Source: Ascoidea asiatica JCM 7603
Lineage: Eukaryota; Fungi; Ascomycota
Assembly: GCA_001600695.1 (NCBI GenBank)
Contig: BCKQ01000002.1
Location: 1,409,730-1,432,406 of the forward strand
Length of the DNA: 22,677 nucleotides
Direction: 5' to 3'
Shown: piece by piece, positions 19,101-22,677 of the stretch
How positions within the stretch are numbered: position 1 is the stretch's first letter
Layout of the letters: every line of letters begins with the position of its first letter
The notes under the pieces: generated by a model
The model's database searches: none
Told to the model about the DNA's origin: nothing
The model's input: the letters and a program-made list of their open reading frames with translations, nothing else
Position numbers and translations under genes: made by a program

Positions 19101-19785
19101 TTAAATCTGAGGAAGAAGAATTGATTTTAATTTTTTCATCAGTTTCAACTTTTTCATTTTTTTTATTTATTAATGGTTTTTCAGACAATGGAAAAATATC
19201 ATTAATCAATGAGTTTAAAGACCTATTACTGGGAAGATTTAACTTAGTTATAATTGATTCGAGATTATTATTTCGATTATTTATAGATTGATTGGGTATT
19301 GGAGTTTCTTCAAAATTTCCAAAATCTGAATCTGAATCTGAATCTGATTCTGAATCTGGATCTGGATTTGGATTTGGATTTGAAACTAAATCAGAGTTTA
19401 AATCTAAATCTTGTTTTTGTTCTGGTTCTAATTCTAAATCAGTGATTGTATTGGAATTTGTATTTAAATTAGCAATGGAATTTGAATTTATATCAGATTT
19501 TAAATTATTATAATCATCAGACTTTTTTGAAATATTTGTATTATCAAAGTCATTCTCGGATTTTATAGTAGATAAATCATTTGGAGTATCAGTTAAAGTA
19601 AAATGTTTCAAAGAATTTGAACTTGAATTTGAATTTGAGTTAAAATTTAAATCCTTATTTTGAATATTATTATTATTATTGTTATTATTAATTGTAATTG
19701 ATTCTGAAGATGTAAAAGAGGGAGGAATAAGATCATCCCAAACATTTAAATTTAGATTAATATCAATATCATCAGATATTATCAT
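16147..19785 (-). CDS. Large low-complexity protein with multiple acidic FGxF motifs; putative Laa2/aftiphilin-like AP-1 accessory factor
   Basis: 1212-aa uninterrupted ORF, so clearly coding. Motifs DFGNF, DFGKF, DFGDF, DGWGCF and SMGEF each follow an acidic run. Also YYFSL...KWKNSAIQIHLLSIV. The functional call is an inference. Confidence 0.7.
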   Translation of the reverse strand: MIISDDIDINLNLNVWDDLIPPSFTSSESITINNNNNNNNIQNKDLNFNSNSNSSSNSLKHFTLTDTPNDLSTIKSENDFDNTNISKKSDDYNNLKSDINSNSIANLNTNSNTITDLELEPEQKQDLDLNSDLVSNPNPNPDPDSESDSDSDSDFGNFEETPIPNQSINNRNNNLESIITKLNLPSNRSLNSLINDIFPLSEKPLINKKNEKVETDEKIKINSSSSDLNSNSNSNSDLDPRDLLDYGEKSRKYYFSLMRPTKQFINSNNSNKFHRPYQNIPKWKNSAIQIHLLSIVKNLDNIKDSNISNNSDPISFLNSNLIIDDELSKHLIANANNDYSSIFGWSTTQNDNELNNSSKSKTKINSNNNSSNLNSRNISVSQQLISRATNSANDLKMKRLLKESSIKEDNLKVIQDRLQKEKDSDQKLKELQSEAILKKIDLTKDENGNSINIKNLNPAKLINFFNKTFNFTNVSNNNKNISKEALSSTEFFEQHKKNTNPLESSIKAEISESKSDEDDDFGKFEFKNFNGNNTSDMSDDDSIDNSGNFENTHYGQLGDLSNNEVTLTEYNDPDSIADNDPDSIADNENKSDNTKSKSKKSSNQIKLNPNNWFSFLNPTKNDNTPQKHSEIITLAKEESNNKSDFTKSINMIVKENLENTEIGQKELNIQSEKELQKKISSIETPTFDIEKKIITKENIDNLTNENLSPKLIVDSDVNIDPKVDKPPQSSISQEKESRNLIIKKLNLSESIESAKKHEISINKALASNKSSPPILSSEILSPKILSPKILSPNISSSQILSPKILPPKIPSTSVSSSKVLPFKALSQKTFPSMNHSSNDLSPSLSSSKIDSFNQLPPEIHHQIILPASISTVNQKIPKVNQSFSPKKQSYNDMFELDSKLDNKIENMNILENKIDHNRDLNKVKVKICQDNGINGKEENEDNDNDDDDFGDFNMSSSIDNMNNQNINSDTNEMPELQNNLNLDMSNNTIKVALVTDRKIIENKTMNIKQESINVSTSLKENLPHNSILETKKLSQNKFNKNTEEKENDDDDVDDGWGCFEAASVSPSPSPSPIINSTTMQTGVNVHFDLDYKTENNINSEFLKSKSREKSVKEEVIQEDDNNDDDDDDDDESMGEFQMSPTPSFSLQSPIKPLSPKNNVISTSTNNNSFSLLSLPMEPLKPKIIKKGKIKASIHNNGNSTLKNDGDRNDSLL
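18023..18077. repeat. Perfect 24-bp in-frame tandem duplication (NDPDSIAD x2)
   Basis: TCATTATCTGCAATTGAATCAGGG occurs at 18023-18046 and 18047-18070, followed by a partial copy. Confidence 0.9.
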
Positions 19786-21935
19786 TTTAAATTTTAGATA
19801 AATTTTTGAAGACTATTTTAATTTTTAACATATCTATTTTGATACATTTGTAATAATAAATGATAAATGATGAATGATTAGTATTTTATTTCAGTAATTC
19901 AATTCAATAAACTGCATATTTGATATTTGATATATCTATATATTATCAAATTGCAAATCACTTAATTTTCCAACTTAATATTTATATTGATTTATTCTTT
20001 TGATTTATTCAATTAATTGGTTTAATTTCAATGATTTTGATTATTATTATACAGTATATTTCAATCAAATAATGTATTGATTCTATTATTTTCATTTAAC
20101 CTCAAGTTACTATCAAAACATGTCGTATTTTTATTGAGTTACGTAATAGATTTTGATTAGGATCCAAGAAACTAATAGAAATGATAAAGGACGGGCAGAA
20201 AAAGACCCATAAAATTGGCTACCATCTAGAAAGAAGGGCTCTTAAGCTTCAGGGCTCTTATTTTTGGACGAGGAATTTCTCTTAATGACACGCTAATACA
20301 AACAAGCTCCACGTGATATTTGGGATAGAAATTCATTTCCTCCTATCCGTACGGAAAAGATAGTTGAGATGATTCCGGTCCTTTCAGTTTAACGTTAACG
20401 CTGCTGTTTTGTTAACGACGTTAAAAATGTTGAAATTCCCAAAATTCAAAATTTTCAAACTTTAACTCAAAAACTATTCTATGCATTATTTAGCATTAAC
20501 GTATTTCATATGAGTTTTTTTTATTTAATTATAAATTGAATATTTTAATAAGGAACAGTACTTTATTTTAAAGGCGTGGTGGAGGATTATTAAGAAATAA
20601 ATAAATTAATTGTTTGCATTTTGTTTCTAGTAAAAATTCAATTAAATAGAATACTTTAACAGTAATAACCGCCAAAACCGCCCTCAAGTTCAACAACCCA
20701 AATTTTGAAAGTTGCATAAAATAAATTGGAGCATATGGTTGTAAAGTTACAAGAAAATTTGAAAATTTATTTCAATTTCTCTTAAGCAAAGGAAATTGAA
20801 AACTGAAAATCAAAAAATAAAAAATTAGAAATGAAAACTTGAAAGCAATTTTAAAAGTAATCTTGAACCAGTAACGGTTGAGTAAGAAACTTTGATTCTT
20901 TTAATAGCTTAAAAATACATATAATATGAGAATTTGACTAATCTTACTGATTTTTATTTTTATTTTTATTTTCTTGGTGAAAAATATGCTGTACATAATT
21001 TTTCAACAGATCAACTTGTAATTTTGATTTATCAATTATCAACTATAAAAAAAATCAAAAAAGGGTAGTACACTTTAAGGTACGTTTTTAGACCTAACAT
21101 ATGCCTATCTGTATAATGATGTACAGTATTTCATTGAAATATTTGAGCGTAACTTTAAGTAACGTTACTAACGGTACTGTGATATAGAATAATAGTGCTT
21201 AGTTACCAACCATTATGAAGCAGAAGCTTAAGCTTAAGTTGATAAATTCATACAGTCCTTGAGACTTAAATATACGAGTCGCCTGCTATATTTTCTCCTG
21301 ATTATTTAAATATATAATCGAGGGTATTTGTAACTCCTTTGAGTAATATCCATAAACATATTTAAGATTTATCATGTGATAGTAAAAACCGGTTTATTTT
21401 AATTTGCGGAGTTAATAAGTTTTTTTTCTTATTCGAGGCTGAAAACTTAAAAAGATACCCCAAATCAAGATTAAATCTCTTTTAAAAGTGATAGATGAGT
21501 AGTTTTTATAAATTAAAAATTATAAAATAATAAAGAATAAGCTAGTTTTATTTATTTTAGTTTTCATCTCGTATTTTTTTAAATCGATTTTAGCTGTTTC
21601 CTGAATTCTGGTAAATGGAATTAATTGCTTTAATTATGAAATGAATCGAATTTCAATAAGTTGCAAAAGAAATACAGTATACATTGAATTATTACTTTGA
21701 GTAAAATTTTTGTAAGATTAAATAAATCCAAAAACTACAGAAACACAAAATTTCAACTAATCTTTTGTTCCAGTTTTATAGGATATGATTATTGAAGGAA
21801 CAACTGAAGCTTAGAAATCATGAATTTTCTCTGAAACGATTAGATGATTATTGTATGATAATAAAATACTAATTTCAAGAGAAATTTCTAATTTCTTATT
21901 ATTCGTAATAGAAAAGAAGATTTTATTTTCAGAAG

Positions 21936-22180
21936 CACGTGACTGTTTGTGTATTCCTAAGTGAATTTGATAGTCCCTGAAGCAATACACTGATTAGTCA
22001 GTGATTAGTCAAAAAGGTACAGGACGTAATGTGATGCTTGTGAGTTTGGGTGATACGGGCTCGTTGACATCATCAAAATTTCAGGAGTGAAATGCAAAAT
22101 AAACGTTGTCGTGGGCATCTATCAGTGGGAAACTGCTTCCCGCTCTTTTTTTAGGTTTTTTAAACAAAAAGGTATAAATA
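21936..22180 (+). promoter_or_regulatory. Putative promoter: Cbf1-type E-box, tandem Yap/AP-1-like sites, TATA box
   Basis: CACGTGAC at 21936-21943 (RTCACGTG on the - strand); TGATTAGTCA twice (21991-22000, 22002-22011), containing the YRE TTAGTCA; TATAAATA at 22173-22180. The target transcript is not identifiable in the window. Confidence 0.45.
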
Positions 22181-22677
22181 AGTGGATTTAAGCGGGAAGC
22201 AAAACAACCTCATTTTTTTATAGCAGTCCTACCAGTGCTAGATACCTGTTCTAGAAAACTGAGCCACTGGCGGCGGATGATTGCAGCTAAAGCCATGCCA
22301 TTTCCTTGTTGTTTGTTTGTAATTTCCTTGCAACTTCCTTGTTTTTCTCCCATACTAATCGGATCATATGTTAACGTGCATGACTCCGCGTTTCCGAATC
22401 TGAATCCCAGATGCCTCGAGGCCTGATGAAGCTGAATTTCACCTGCTTCCCGTGGAAACAAAGCGGTACCGTTACTGCCCACTACGTACCGGTCTGGTGG
22501 TGCAGCTGGTCATAAAGCGCTTATTGAAATTTCAAATTCAATTTCAAATTCAAATTCAATTCGTCGCACATTTCTGTTCTGGTGAATCTTTTCTGGATCG
22601 TTTTTGGATCGATTCTGGCTCTTTTTTTAATAAAATAAGATTTCTATAAAAAATAATTAATAATAATAATGATTAGT

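Noticed and set aside
21820-21943. Point centromere (CDEI-like GTCACGTG followed by an AT-rich stretch)
   Set aside because: No CDEIII CCG core at the expected distance; more simply a Cbf1 promoter site.
22415-22482. Hammerhead ribozyme (CTGATGA...GAAAC) or RNase P 3' motif (TACCGTTACTGC)
   Set aside because: Hammerhead stems I-III do not close correctly around the core, and there is no RNase P CR-I/P4 partner.
22210-22649. ORFs 22210-22482 (-), 22235-22426 (+) and 22452-22649 (+) as protein genes
   Set aside because: Short, mutually overlapping, with codon usage unlike the host genes and no recognisable motifs.

Overview
Very AT-rich eukaryotic DNA, most consistent with a Saccharomycotina (budding) yeast; the species cannot be fixed from sequence alone. 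Six apparently intronless host genes: an F-box protein (-), a conserved fungal TPR-like protein (+), FMP42 (+), MRPL28 (-), a Pro-rich PPxY orphan (+) and a 1212-aa Laa2/aftiphilin-like protein with repeated acidic FGxF motifs (-). Between genes 2 and 3 are a 200-bp solo LTR (4726-4925, GACAT target-site duplication) and a full-length but decayed Ty3/Gypsy retrotransposon (5081-11240, - strand, 4-bp ACGG duplication). The element has unequal LTRs (490 vs 242 bp), a hairpin where a tRNA primer-binding site should be, and no obvious polypurine tract. Removing it in silico rejoins a ~220-nt GC-rich, multi-hairpin sequence with an ACA-box-like end, a branchpoint and a poly-T run, a candidate unannotated structured RNA. 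The last ~2.9 kb is non-coding, with Cbf1- and Yap-like sites and a second GC-rich island.
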